From NCBI GenBank assembly GCA_029858565.1, contig JAOUEV010000006.1, positions 46,963 to 110,962 on the forward strand: a DNA stretch of 64,000 nucleotides, in the 5' to 3' direction. The DNA is from Nitrospirota bacterium (GTDB lineage: Bacteria > Nitrospirota > UBA9217). Under the pieces are notes generated by a model. It searched no databases. It saw only the letters and a list, made by a program, of their open reading frames with translations, and was not told the DNA's origin. Position 1 is the stretch's first letter. Every line of letters starts with the position of its first letter. Below are positions 49,036 to 58,999 of the stretch, piece by piece. The translations under genes and the position numbers were made by a program.

Positions 49036-49833
49036 ATGTATGAGGAATTTTACGGGCTTCGCGAAAAGCCCTTTAACAAGACTCCGGACCCGCGGTTCCT
49101 GTACCAGAGCAGGGAACATGGCGAGGCGCTGGCGCGGCTGCAGCTTGCCGTGGAAGAGCAGGACATCGTGCTGCTCACCGGCGACATCGGCTGCGGAAAG
49201 ACGATGCTGTCCCGGGCGCTCATCGACTCGTTCGATGAGCGGTTCCACCCGCTGCTGGTGATCAATCCGAGGCTTTCGCCCCTGCTCCTGCTGCGGACGA
49301 TCGCCCTGCGGCTGGGGGTCGAGGACGCTTCAAGGCAGAAGCACGAGGTCCTTGAGCAGATCAACGGCAAGCTTTATGAGATCTACGAGGCGGGCAAGCG
49401 GCCTGCCCTGATCATTGACGAGGCCCAGCTGATCCCGGGCAAGGACGCGTTCGAGGAACTCAGGCTGCTGACGAACTTTCAGCTCGATGACCGGAACCTC
49501 CTGGCCCTGGTGCTGATCGGTCAGACCGAGCTCCGCCAGCGGCTGAAGAACAGGTCCTATCGGGCGCTGACGCAGCGGATCGGCCTCCAGTACCACCTGG
49601 GGCCGCTGGATGAACAGGATACGCGCGGTTATATCGCCCATCGTGTTCATGTGGCAGGCCGCGAGGAGCCGCTCTTTGATGACGGAGCGCTGCATGCGCT
49701 CTACCAGGAGAGCGACGGGATCCCGAGGCTGATCAATGTCATTGCCGGGAACGCCCTGCTCGAGGGATTCGGCCGCGGCGCGGAGATGATCAGCGAAGAG
49801 ATCATCGACAGCGTGGTGGAAGATAGAAGATAG
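49036..49833 (+). CDS. ExeA/GspA-like AAA ATPase
   Basis: MYEEFYGLREKPFNKTPDPRF, TGDIGCGKT, LIIDEAQ, GIPRLIN. Confidence 0.92.
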   Translation: MYEEFYGLREKPFNKTPDPRFLYQSREHGEALARLQLAVEEQDIVLLTGDIGCGKTMLSRALIDSFDERFHPLLVINPRLSPLLLLRTIALRLGVEDASRQKHEVLEQINGKLYEIYEAGKRPALIIDEAQLIPGKDAFEELRLLTNFQLDDRNLLALVLIGQTELRQRLKNRSYRALTQRIGLQYHLGPLDEQDTRGYIAHRVHVAGREEPLFDDGALHALYQESDGIPRLINVIAGNALLEGFGRGAEMISEEIIDSVVEDRR

Positions 49834-49894
49834 TTCCGCGTTCAGAGATTCAATGTGGACCATTGGTCCGCTGAAATGTCAGTGGGTTTCTACG

Positions 49895-50602
49895 ATGGAT
49901 ATACTTGCGGCAAGAAAAAAAGCAGCTGAACGCGCAAAGACGAGGCAGCAGGACAGCGAGCCCCGGCAGGAAGCGGTTGCGGAAGAACGCAAATCCGAGC
50001 CAGCACCCATGCGGACACTTTCCGAGGACCGCGGCGAGCAGGACGCGGCGCTTTCCGCTGAAGCTGTTGAGCTGATCAACGCGGACCAGAATGCAGGCAC
50101 CGGTCATGCGCAGGAACCGGTCGAGGCTTCTGCTCCAGCGGTCGCCGGCGGCATCCCCGCGGCAGAGCAGCCGGCCGTGGAAGAAGCTGAGCTTGAGATG
50201 CTCTCGTTCCAGCTCGGGTCCGAGGAATACGCGATCCCGGTGGGACGCATACGCGAGGTCCTGACGCCGCGGGATATCACGCCGGTGCCGCGCACGCCGG
50301 AGCATATTCTTGGTGTCTGTTCCCTGCGCGGCGCTGTGCTTCCCATTGTCGATCTCGGCCGCAGGCTTGGATTGCCCCGGGCGCTCCAGGATGAGCGGTC
50401 CCGGATCATCGTCGCGGCCCTTGATGAGGAAGAGCGGATCGGCCTGTCCGTTGACCGGGTGAAGGGTGTGGTGCGGTTCCCGTTCTCTGCGATACGGCCG
50501 GTGCCGGAGACCGTGGAGCAGGGCGCGGAGTTTCTTTCGGGGATCGTGCGCAAAGAAGAGCGCCTGATCATCCTGCTCGATGTGGATAAAACCGCGGCGT
50601 GA
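49895..50602 (+). CDS. cheW: CheW with a disordered N-terminal extension
   Basis: LSFQLGSEEYAI..ITPVPRTPEHILGVCSLRGAVLPIVDL. Confidence 0.9.
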   Translation: MDILAARKKAAERAKTRQQDSEPRQEAVAEERKSEPAPMRTLSEDRGEQDAALSAEAVELINADQNAGTGHAQEPVEASAPAVAGGIPAAEQPAVEEAELEMLSFQLGSEEYAIPVGRIREVLTPRDITPVPRTPEHILGVCSLRGAVLPIVDLGRRLGLPRALQDERSRIIVAALDEEERIGLSVDRVKGVVRFPFSAIRPVPETVEQGAEFLSGIVRKEERLIILLDVDKTAA

Positions 50603-50708
50603 AAAAGCGCCGATTATTGATAGGTGAATAACTCCGGATCGACCGGAAACGGACCGCATGGGCCCCGCCGACTCGATCACTGAACGCAAGGAAGAGGAGG
50701 AAGAACGT

Positions 50709-52907
50709 ATGGACAGAGTGAGAAGGGTATACCAGGGGAACCTGCTGCTTCCGGCGGTCCTGACGCTGGGCATGTTCCTCGCGGCATGCGGCTCGGAAAA
50801 ACCCACAGGGGTGACAGCCGACACGGTGCCGGCCCCGGTCTCGAGCGCGACAGCGGTGGGGATGAACAACTGCACGTCCTGCCATGCCACGGAGACCGCG
50901 GACTGGAAGCTGGGCAGGCACGCGAACATGGACGACGGCGACCTGGACGGAACGGGGAACCCCACCCTGGCCCATCTTGACACGCAACAGAACAGCGCTG
51001 TCTGCCTGTCCTGCCATGACGCGCTGGGCGATGGTCGCAACAACCTTGTTGCGGGCTACACCGGCAATACACCCCGGCCGGTGGTGGGATGCGAATCCTG
51101 CCACGGTGGCGGGAGCGAACATAATGGTGTCGCTCCCATTGCCATTACCGGCCTCGGAAGCACCGGCTCTGGAACTTCTCTTCAATCCTCGGAATTCAAC
51201 ACCTGTACAAGTGTGTGCCACCTGACTTACGGGAACGATGACTTTACGGTCGCCACACATATCGATCGCACTATGCGCAAGCATGCCGCGGTGCCCGGAG
51301 ACACGCGGTTCAATACGGGCAAAGACAACGAGGGCAATCCAACAGGTGAGAAGATCTACTACGTGAAGAAAGCTGACCCGAATGCCTGCACGGCTTGCCA
51401 CAATCCGCATGTGAATACGACGGTCATCAACAAGCAGTATTCCCGGTCCAAGCACGGCACACCTACGGATAATCCCTGGATCAATTATAACTGGACCTAT
51501 TCAGCCACCAGGAGCGACTGTCAGCGATGCCACACCTCAACAGGCTTCAAGAACTTCGCGAACGGCCCGACTATTTATACACCCTCTATGAACGACTACA
51601 GTCATCTGTGGACGATCGGGGCGCCTACGTCGGATAGTTCAGCGTCAACAAAAATGGTCCAAACCGAGGCGCTTTATTGCTGGGCTTGCCATACCGACTA
51701 CAAGGGGACGCTCCGGAATCCCGGGGCTATAACGACCAATTACGATTATGTCTCCGGAGGGGTCACGTGGGCAACAGCATCATTTCCCTATCCTGATCTG
51801 GCCGGTTCGAACGTCTGCATGGCTTGTCACACGGGGCGCCAGAACGGGGAGTCGATCAAGAACCTGAATACAAACGGCACATCCACTTCGTTCAGTGGCC
51901 TCAGTTTCATTAACTCTCACTATCTCTCCGCTGGCGGCACGATCTTTACGGCCACGGGGTACGAATACGAAGATCAATTCGACAAGAGGCTCTATGACAG
52001 CCCTATGCTGTTCATGCACAATAAGATCGGGACAGCAGGTGCGCCGGGAACCGGTACGAACGGTCCCTGCGTGGGCTGTCACATGTCCTTCACTCCGGAA
52101 AAGCACCTATTCCTGCCGGTCACGAAGAAGTCACCAACCGACGACACGGTCATCGCAGTAACGAGCACGGTCTGCGATAAATGCCATGGAGGCGGAGACG
52201 CGCTTCCCGTGTCCAAGGAGATGCTCGAGGAGCAGAAAGGCCTGCTGCGCGACTCCATGGAAGCGCTCAAGCTTCAGTTGGACCAGCGGGGATACTATTT
52301 CCGCGAAGCACACCCCTATTTCTACAAGTTGCGGAGCGTCGGAACCGCAACCCTGACGGCGCCGGGGGCGGCAACACTTACCTATAGCGCTCTTCAGACC
52401 AGCGGTACGTTCTCGACGACCGATTACTTCAAGTTCGATAATGACAATGCTTACTATCAACTCAGTTCCTTCGGTACCAGCACCTCGGGGACCTTTACGT
52501 TGAAAGCTGTCTATTCTGGCTCGACAACTTCAGGAGCATATACCGTGATCAGGAGCGGCACGTCCGGGGGAGTCACGTCCTGGTTGACGACGACGACGCC
52601 ATTCTATCCCTCTGCTACCGTAGATACAGATACGACCGGTGCGACCACGGGCAAGAACAACATGGGCGCTGCGTTCAACTTCAACCTTCTCGAGCATGAT
52701 CCGGGGGCCTTTGCCCACAACAGGTTCTATGCAAAGCGGCTGATCTACGATTCCATCGACTGGCTTGACGATAATGTGATGAACTATTCCACGGGCAAGA
52801 CTCTGCAGACCATCTGCGCGGGATCGACGGCGCCGTTGTGGTGCGAGGGCGCGGAAACGTACCTGCTGCTCAATGGTGTGACCGGAAAAGACAGCGAGCG
52901 GCCGTAG
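50709..52907 (+). CDS. Outer-surface multiheme c-type cytochrome lipoprotein (~10 hemes, OmcB-like)
   Basis: Lipobox LAAC; nine CxxCH plus one Cx3CH (CTSVCH); C-terminal MGAAFNFNLLEHDPGAFAHNRFYAKRLIYDSIDWL. Confidence 0.9.
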   Translation: MDRVRRVYQGNLLLPAVLTLGMFLAACGSEKPTGVTADTVPAPVSSATAVGMNNCTSCHATETADWKLGRHANMDDGDLDGTGNPTLAHLDTQQNSAVCLSCHDALGDGRNNLVAGYTGNTPRPVVGCESCHGGGSEHNGVAPIAITGLGSTGSGTSLQSSEFNTCTSVCHLTYGNDDFTVATHIDRTMRKHAAVPGDTRFNTGKDNEGNPTGEKIYYVKKADPNACTACHNPHVNTTVINKQYSRSKHGTPTDNPWINYNWTYSATRSDCQRCHTSTGFKNFANGPTIYTPSMNDYSHLWTIGAPTSDSSASTKMVQTEALYCWACHTDYKGTLRNPGAITTNYDYVSGGVTWATASFPYPDLAGSNVCMACHTGRQNGESIKNLNTNGTSTSFSGLSFINSHYLSAGGTIFTATGYEYEDQFDKRLYDSPMLFMHNKIGTAGAPGTGTNGPCVGCHMSFTPEKHLFLPVTKKSPTDDTVIAVTSTVCDKCHGGGDALPVSKEMLEEQKGLLRDSMEALKLQLDQRGYYFREAHPYFYKLRSVGTATLTAPGAATLTYSALQTSGTFSTTDYFKFDNDNAYYQLSSFGTSTSGTFTLKAVYSGSTTSGAYTVIRSGTSGGVTSWLTTTTPFYPSATVDTDTTGATTGKNNMGAAFNFNLLEHDPGAFAHNRFYAKRLIYDSIDWLDDNVMNYSTGKTLQTICAGSTAPLWCEGAETYLLLNGVTGKDSERP

Positions 52908-52940
52908 CATATGCATACACCTTTCAAGGAGGACCAGGGA

Positions 52941-53954
52941 ATGGAAACCGGCATGAAATGGAAAGCACCGATGATCATCGCGCTCCTCGCGGTCGTCATC
53001 GTGGTCGTTGCCGGATGCGCGGCGCTCAGGGAATCTCGGCCGCTCATCCTGAACAGGGAGTACGAGAAAATGATCGCGGGCCGTCTTGACGCGGACTACA
53101 TCGGCACGGACAACTGTTTGCGGGCCTGCCACTTCCACGACAAGAAGCGCAAGGATTTCGACCTGTCCACCATGGGCGCCCAGCTGTCGCGTGAATCGGG
53201 CATGCCCATCGTGAACTGCGAGTCCTGCCACGGTCCGGGCAGCCTGGCTGTCGAGGGCATCACGCCCGAACTGGTGAACAGGGACGCCCGCGCCGGACGA
53301 CAGACCGCCTGTGACTACCGGACGCTGGTGGACATGAAGAAGCTGCCGGCCCAGGCGAAGTCGCTCATCTGCCTCAAGTGCCACACGGCGAACGCGACCT
53401 TCAACCTGCACAACTGGAACGCGAGCACCCATAATCTTTCCGACGTTTCCTGCTCCGATTGCCACAACATCCACGCGGGCCACAACCTGAAGGTGAAGCC
53501 GCGGGAAATGACCGACCTCTGCTACAAATGCCACCAGGACATCAAGGCGGCCTTTGCCCTTCCCAACCATCATCCGGTCCCGGAGAAGAAGATCTTCTGC
53601 ACCGACTGTCACGACTCTCACGGGAACATGTCGGTCAAGAACCTTCGCAAGGACACGGTGAAGGAGACCTGCACCCAGTGCCATGCGGAAAAGGAAGGTC
53701 CCTTCCTCTACGAACACGCGGACGTGACCGAGGACTGCAGGGCGTGCCACCAGCCCCACGGGTCCGTGAACAGCCATCTGCTGTCTCAGCGGGAACCGTA
53801 CCTGTGCCTGCAGTGCCATCCGACCCATCGACTCAGTTCAACAACCACCGCCGAGGCAAAACAGGCGGTCTATACACGGTGCAGCGACTGCCATTCGCAG
53901 CTTCACGGCACCGATCTTCCATCGCCCAGCGGTAAGGGCACCTTTGTACGATAG
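52941..53954 (+). CDS. Periplasmic decaheme cytochrome c (DmsE/MtrA-like)
   Basis: Nine CxxCH plus CLRACH; CTQCHAEKEGPFLYEH..CRACHQPHGS..CSDCHSQLHGTD. Confidence 0.92.
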   Translation: METGMKWKAPMIIALLAVVIVVVAGCAALRESRPLILNREYEKMIAGRLDADYIGTDNCLRACHFHDKKRKDFDLSTMGAQLSRESGMPIVNCESCHGPGSLAVEGITPELVNRDARAGRQTACDYRTLVDMKKLPAQAKSLICLKCHTANATFNLHNWNASTHNLSDVSCSDCHNIHAGHNLKVKPREMTDLCYKCHQDIKAAFALPNHHPVPEKKIFCTDCHDSHGNMSVKNLRKDTVKETCTQCHAEKEGPFLYEHADVTEDCRACHQPHGSVNSHLLSQREPYLCLQCHPTHRLSSTTTAEAKQAVYTRCSDCHSQLHGTDLPSPSGKGTFVR

Positions 53955-53963
53955 GAGACCGAT

Positions 53964-55901
53964 ATGAAAAAACTCATTCTTTCATGCCTCTGTCTCACGC
54001 TCCTTGCCGCTCCGGTAATGGCGCAGGAGACGCAACGTGCCGGAGGCAAGGCGCAGAGCGAGCCCACCTTTGAAGGCGAGCTGCTCCCCGGCTACCGATG
54101 GGTGACGCAGGAGGGAAGCCCGATGTCGGGCGAATACGAGTACCTCCATTCCTCGGCTGGCGGATCAGCCTTCATTGAATACGATCCCCTTCCGAACCGG
54201 TTCCTGCTCGAAATGAACGCGGTGAACGGCAAGGACTATTTCGGCGAGATGGACTATTCCTTCGGGGATATCTTCATGCTGAGCGGAATGGCGCGGAGCC
54301 TGTTCCATAACATCTACCATGTTTCCCTGGGCCAGGACGATCCCGCGACCACGTCGCCGTTATTCCAGGACTACAATGCCGAAGATGCCTACGGCGTGCA
54401 GGACGCAATGAACCGTCTGCAGGTCCGCATCAAGACCCCGGATTTTCCCTTCCATATTTATTTGGAGGGAAAGACCCAGACCAAGGAAGGTCTGGTGCAG
54501 CAGCGGTTCCTTTCGGCCTTCTCGGGGTCCGGAGGATTCAGCAAGGGGTCACGGTCCCGCGAGGTTGATTGGACAACCAAGGAGGCCAAAGCCACGGTCA
54601 ACAGCCATCTCGGGTCGGTGGAGGTCGAGTACAGCCATGCGAACAAGCAGTTCTCCCCCACCTACGAGAACCGCGTCGTGACCGACACGGAGTCAGGGAC
54701 CGGGACGATATCCAATCTCGTTCCGAGCCTTGAATCGTCATCGGACATGGTGAAGATCCACACGTCCCATTCCGGCCGGATCGCCGCAGCCGGCACTTAT
54801 GTCAAGGGCGAGAAGCTGAACAACGACAGCGACACCAAGGTTCTGTTCTCGAACGCTGCAGGCGACCTCACGCTGATCCCCTGGAAGGAACTGACCATAT
54901 CGGTAAAATACCGTCATTTCGATGTGAGCCAGGAAACCCCCGATTTCGTCACCCTGTCGGGCATTACGAGCGCGAGCGCCGGCACGGGAGCCTTCTCAGT
55001 CCGGAACGCGCTTGATTACAAGAAGGATCAGGTAAGCGGACTGGTCCGGTTCCGGGCCACGCAGAACCTTACAGTCCGGGCCGAGTACGCATGGGATTCC
55101 CAGACCCGCACGACATGGCCGGGATATGATCTGCTTCCTTCCGGTGATCCGGCGTACTGGGCACTTGATGAACGCATCTCCAGGACCACGGCCAAGCTCG
55201 GAGCGACCTACCGGTTCACCAGCCGGCTGTACCTGCGGGGTGATGTGAGCAGGCAGAGCGCCGACATCCCGCCGACCAGCTTGGATAACACTTATCCTGA
55301 GCGGACCGACGTGGCGCGGGGCACGCTGACCTGGACGCCGTCAGCATGGTTCTCCATGCTGCTCTCCGGCGGAACCACGCACGAAGAGCGGGATCTCCTG
55401 GCCGCGCCGCTGTCAGGCGCCAAGACATCGGACCGGAACCGGGTGCTCGGATCGTTCACGTTCCTGGTCGGTAAAAAGACGTCGATCACGCCGAGCTATT
55501 CGTTGTTCCAGAACAGCATGGTATCCGCGATCGCCTACCGGACCGATACGGGCAGCATTACCGCGGAGACCGATGTTCCCTATGCTGATACGGCACATGT
55601 CGGTTCTCTCGCGGTCTCCCATGTGGTCGACGATGTGATCACGATCACGGCCGAGGCCGGCCGCGCGTACCTCCGGGGCAATTACCGCAGCGCGGCAGTG
55701 GTCCCGGGCAGCGAGGGGATCCAGAACCTGAGCGATCTCAAGTCCGTGGAGACGACGGGCAGCGCAGAGGTCCAGCTTCAGTTCACGAAGTATCTGGGGA
55801 GCGAGGTCCGGTATCTCTTCAGAAAGATCGACGATATCCTTGATAACGAACAGGACGGCACGACGCAGCTGATCTTTGCCGGCCTGACGTACAAGTGGTG
55901 A
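53964..55901 (+). CDS. Outer-membrane beta-barrel porin of a porin-cytochrome complex (MtrB/PioB-like role)
   Basis: Signal peptide, amphipathic beta strands, C-terminal AGLTYKW, adjacent to the decaheme gene. Confidence 0.85.
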   Translation: MKKLILSCLCLTLLAAPVMAQETQRAGGKAQSEPTFEGELLPGYRWVTQEGSPMSGEYEYLHSSAGGSAFIEYDPLPNRFLLEMNAVNGKDYFGEMDYSFGDIFMLSGMARSLFHNIYHVSLGQDDPATTSPLFQDYNAEDAYGVQDAMNRLQVRIKTPDFPFHIYLEGKTQTKEGLVQQRFLSAFSGSGGFSKGSRSREVDWTTKEAKATVNSHLGSVEVEYSHANKQFSPTYENRVVTDTESGTGTISNLVPSLESSSDMVKIHTSHSGRIAAAGTYVKGEKLNNDSDTKVLFSNAAGDLTLIPWKELTISVKYRHFDVSQETPDFVTLSGITSASAGTGAFSVRNALDYKKDQVSGLVRFRATQNLTVRAEYAWDSQTRTTWPGYDLLPSGDPAYWALDERISRTTAKLGATYRFTSRLYLRGDVSRQSADIPPTSLDNTYPERTDVARGTLTWTPSAWFSMLLSGGTTHEERDLLAAPLSGAKTSDRNRVLGSFTFLVGKKTSITPSYSLFQNSMVSAIAYRTDTGSITAETDVPYADTAHVGSLAVSHVVDDVITITAEAGRAYLRGNYRSAAVVPGSEGIQNLSDLKSVETTGSAEVQLQFTKYLGSEVRYLFRKIDDILDNEQDGTTQLIFAGLTYKW

Positions 55902-55912
55902 TTGGAGGCGGA

Positions 55913-56842
55913 ATGAGAATCTTCGTACGATGGATGTTATTCGCCGCGCTGCTGCTCGGAGCGGCGACCGCAGGCGCGGGAGAGAAGACCATCGGGGTCG
56001 TCCTTTCCGGGAACATCGGCTATTACCAGGAGATCCACAAGGCCTTCATGAACGGGCTTGTCAAGGAAGGTTTCGACAAGCGGAAAGTGGACACCCTGCT
56101 CCAGATGCCGGCTCCCGATCCCCTTTCCTGGGCCAACGCGGTCAGGAAGCTTGTGGTGGCGGATGTGAACGTGCTCATGACCTACGGCGCGGCAGCCGCG
56201 CTGTCGGCGATCAAGGAGACCAAGTCCGTGCCGATCGTTTACGCGGGCGTATATGATCCGGGAGCGATCGGGGCGGTAGCGCGGAACATGACCGGTATGA
56301 GCTCGAAGGTCCCCCTGACGAGCCTGCTCAAGTACGCCAGGAAGGTCGCGCCATTCACCAGGCTGGCGATCGTGTACAGCGACCTTGAGCCGGACGCAGT
56401 GAAGCAGGTCGAGGAGCTCATCGCGCTCGAGGCCCAGTACGGCTACCAGACCGTAAAAATGATGGTCAAGCGGGTCGATGAGGCAAAAGCCCTTTCCTTC
56501 GCTGGCAAGGCCGACGCGGTGTTCATATCGACCAGCGCGGTGGCAAACGAGGCGCTTGAATATATTGTCAAGGCCGCGCATACGGCAAAGCTCCCGACGC
56601 TCAGCCAGATGGGCGGGGCCGGCGACCGGGGCGTGATCCTGACGCTGGCGCCGAGCGCGACCGAGCAGGGAGAGGTGGCGGCGCGGATGGTCGCGAAGCT
56701 GCTTGCCGGGGAGAACCCGTCCGCGATCCCCGCGGAAGTTCCGAAGATGATCGAGCTGGTACTGAACCTGAAGGAAGCGAACGCGCTTGGATTGCGGCCG
56801 CCCGTGGACCTGATGACCGATGCGACGAGGGTGATCAAATGA
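55913..56842 (+). CDS. Periplasmic ABC-type substrate-binding protein (no transporter nearby)
   Basis: Signal peptide; [47 protein letters not shown]. Confidence 0.85.
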   Translation: MRIFVRWMLFAALLLGAATAGAGEKTIGVVLSGNIGYYQEIHKAFMNGLVKEGFDKRKVDTLLQMPAPDPLSWANAVRKLVVADVNVLMTYGAAAALSAIKETKSVPIVYAGVYDPGAIGAVARNMTGMSSKVPLTSLLKYARKVAPFTRLAIVYSDLEPDAVKQVEELIALEAQYGYQTVKMMVKRVDEAKALSFAGKADAVFISTSAVANEALEYIVKAAHTAKLPTLSQMGGAGDRGVILTLAPSATEQGEVAARMVAKLLAGENPSAIPAEVPKMIELVLNLKEANALGLRPPVDLMTDATRVIK

Positions 56843-58932
56843 AGCTGTTCGCTTCCCTTGATCTCAAGACCCGCGCTGTGGCCGCGACGGGCGGGATACT
56901 GCTCCTGGCCCTTGTCCTGAACACGGGATTGAATATGTATTCCGCAGCGAGCAAGTATCGCGACGCCGTGGTGGGCAAGACCACGGCCTATGCCGAGGGG
57001 ATCAAGAAGGACATTGACAAGGTCACGGGCTTCGGCCTTCCGCTCAATGCCATGGACGGGATGAACGAGAAGCTCCGGGACCTCATGGACAACGACGCGG
57101 ACCTTTCCCGGTCGTCCATTCTGGACCAGGATGGACGCATTCTCTACGCGTCCGACAAGTCCCTGATAGGAACGCTGGCGTCCGACGCGAACGGTCGCCG
57201 TGCGGCCGCTGCCACGGAACCGCTGGTCCAGGAATTCGAGACCGAAACGGGAGGCGTGATCGAAAAGGTCATTCCCTTGGCCGGGCCGGAGGGAAAAAAG
57301 CTCGGCGTGCTCAGGATCGCGCTCAAGGCGAGCGCGGTCAACCGGCAGCTGAAGGATCTCGTGCTCTGGTCGCTTCTCGTCGTCGTGATAAGCTTCGCCG
57401 GCGCTACCTACCTGGTGAAGGTCTTCATGGAGCGGACGATCACGGGCCCGCTGGTGGCAATGGGGCATGCGGCGTCCCGTCTCGCCGCCGGGGACCTGTC
57501 CCAACAGGTCCCGGTCTCAGGACAGAACGAGATAGCCGAGCTGGGGACAGCTATAAACTCCCTTTCCAAGAGCCTGCAGGAGATGCTCGGCCGGGTCAGT
57601 CTGATGACGGCCAGTCTCGGCGACGCCATGAACATCATGAATGCCGCCACGCAGAAAATGAGCCGCGGCGCGCGCGTGCAGCATGAGGCAGGGGAAGAGA
57701 CCGCCCAAACGGTCAACGAGATGCTCGCTTCCATCAAGGGCGTCGCGGAAAACGCCGCGGAGATGTCGGCTGCGGCATCGGATGCGTCGTCCTCGGCGGC
57801 GGAAATGGTGGTATCCATCGAGGAGGTCGCGGAAAGCGCCGGCGGATTGTCGGCCGCGGCCGAGGACACAGCCTCCTCTATTGTGCAGACGCTTGCCTCG
57901 ATCCGGCAGGTATCGGAAAACACCGAGGTATTGTCGGCGTCGGCCGAAGAGACGTCCTCGTCCATTACGCAGATGAGCGCCACGGTGAAAGCGGTCGAGC
58001 AGAAGGCGTTGGAGTCGGCGCGGCTGGCCGAGCGGGTGGCGCGAAGCGCATCGGAACAGGGCATGGCAGCGGCGCGCGAGGCTATGACCGGCATGGAGAA
58101 CATCCGGTCTACGGTCGAGGCGACCGCGGAGATGATCAACCGTCTGGGCAAACGCTCTCAGGAGATCGGCCAGATATTGAAGGTGATCGACGAGGTCACG
58201 GACCAGACGAGCCTGCTTGCCCTGAATGCCGCGATCCTTGCCGCGCAGGCGGGAGAGCACGGCCGGGGGTTTGCCGTGGTCGCCGAGGAGATACGCGAGC
58301 TCGCGGACCGCACTGCCTCATCCACCAAGGAGATCGCCAATGTGATCGCCGCGGTGCAGAAGGATACCGGCGCCAGCGTGCAGGCCATGGCCAAGGGCAT
58401 CCAGGCAGTGGAGAACGGGGTAGAGCTGGTGAAGGTCACGAGCGAGGTCTTCGAGCACGTCTCCGACAGTTCCAATCAGTCGGCGGAGATGGCACGTGCC
58501 ATTGAGTTGACAACGGCGGAGCAGACCAAGGGAATCGCCCATATCAAGGATGCGGCGGTGAACATCGCCGAACAGATCGAGCAGATCGCCGGGGCCATGC
58601 AGGAGCAGCGGAAGGGGAGCGAGCGGATCGCCCTTGCCGCCGAGAAGATGCGCGACATCACGCGCCAGATGAAGGTGGCGACCCACGAGCAGACCCTGGG
58701 AAGCAAGCAGATCGCGAAAGCTGTTGAAGCGGTGACGGTGCAGGCGAACCAGGTGGCGAAATCCACGTCGGAGCAGAGCACGGGCGCCCAGATGATCAGC
58801 GACGCCATCACCCGGATCCAGAAGATCACCGAGGAGAATGTGGACGTATCGGTGGAGATGGATATGGCCGAAGCAGCGCTGCGCGAAAAAGCCGGCGAGC
58901 TGCAGGAAGAGTTCAAGAAGTTCAAGGTCTGA
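56839..58932 (+). CDS. Methyl-accepting chemotaxis protein with an extended signalling coiled coil
   Basis: 2 [36 protein letters not shown]. Confidence 0.95.
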   Translation: MKLFASLDLKTRAVAATGGILLLALVLNTGLNMYSAASKYRDAVVGKTTAYAEGIKKDIDKVTGFGLPLNAMDGMNEKLRDLMDNDADLSRSSILDQDGRILYASDKSLIGTLASDANGRRAAAATEPLVQEFETETGGVIEKVIPLAGPEGKKLGVLRIALKASAVNRQLKDLVLWSLLVVVISFAGATYLVKVFMERTITGPLVAMGHAASRLAAGDLSQQVPVSGQNEIAELGTAINSLSKSLQEMLGRVSLMTASLGDAMNIMNAATQKMSRGARVQHEAGEETAQTVNEMLASIKGVAENAAEMSAAASDASSSAAEMVVSIEEVAESAGGLSAAAEDTASSIVQTLASIRQVSENTEVLSASAEETSSSITQMSATVKAVEQKALESARLAERVARSASEQGMAAAREAMTGMENIRSTVEATAEMINRLGKRSQEIGQILKVIDEVTDQTSLLALNAAILAAQAGEHGRGFAVVAEEIRELADRTASSTKEIANVIAAVQKDTGASVQAMAKGIQAVENGVELVKVTSEVFEHVSDSSNQSAEMARAIELTTAEQTKGIAHIKDAAVNIAEQIEQIAGAMQEQRKGSERIALAAEKMRDITRQMKVATHEQTLGSKQIAKAVEAVTVQANQVAKSTSEQSTGAQMISDAITRIQKITEENVDVSVEMDMAEAALREKAGELQEEFKKFKV

Positions 58933-58999
58933 CAGGTCAGGCCGCCTATCGGCGGGCACACAGGGATGGCCGACGTTCCCGGGGAAACGAGAGGAAAAC

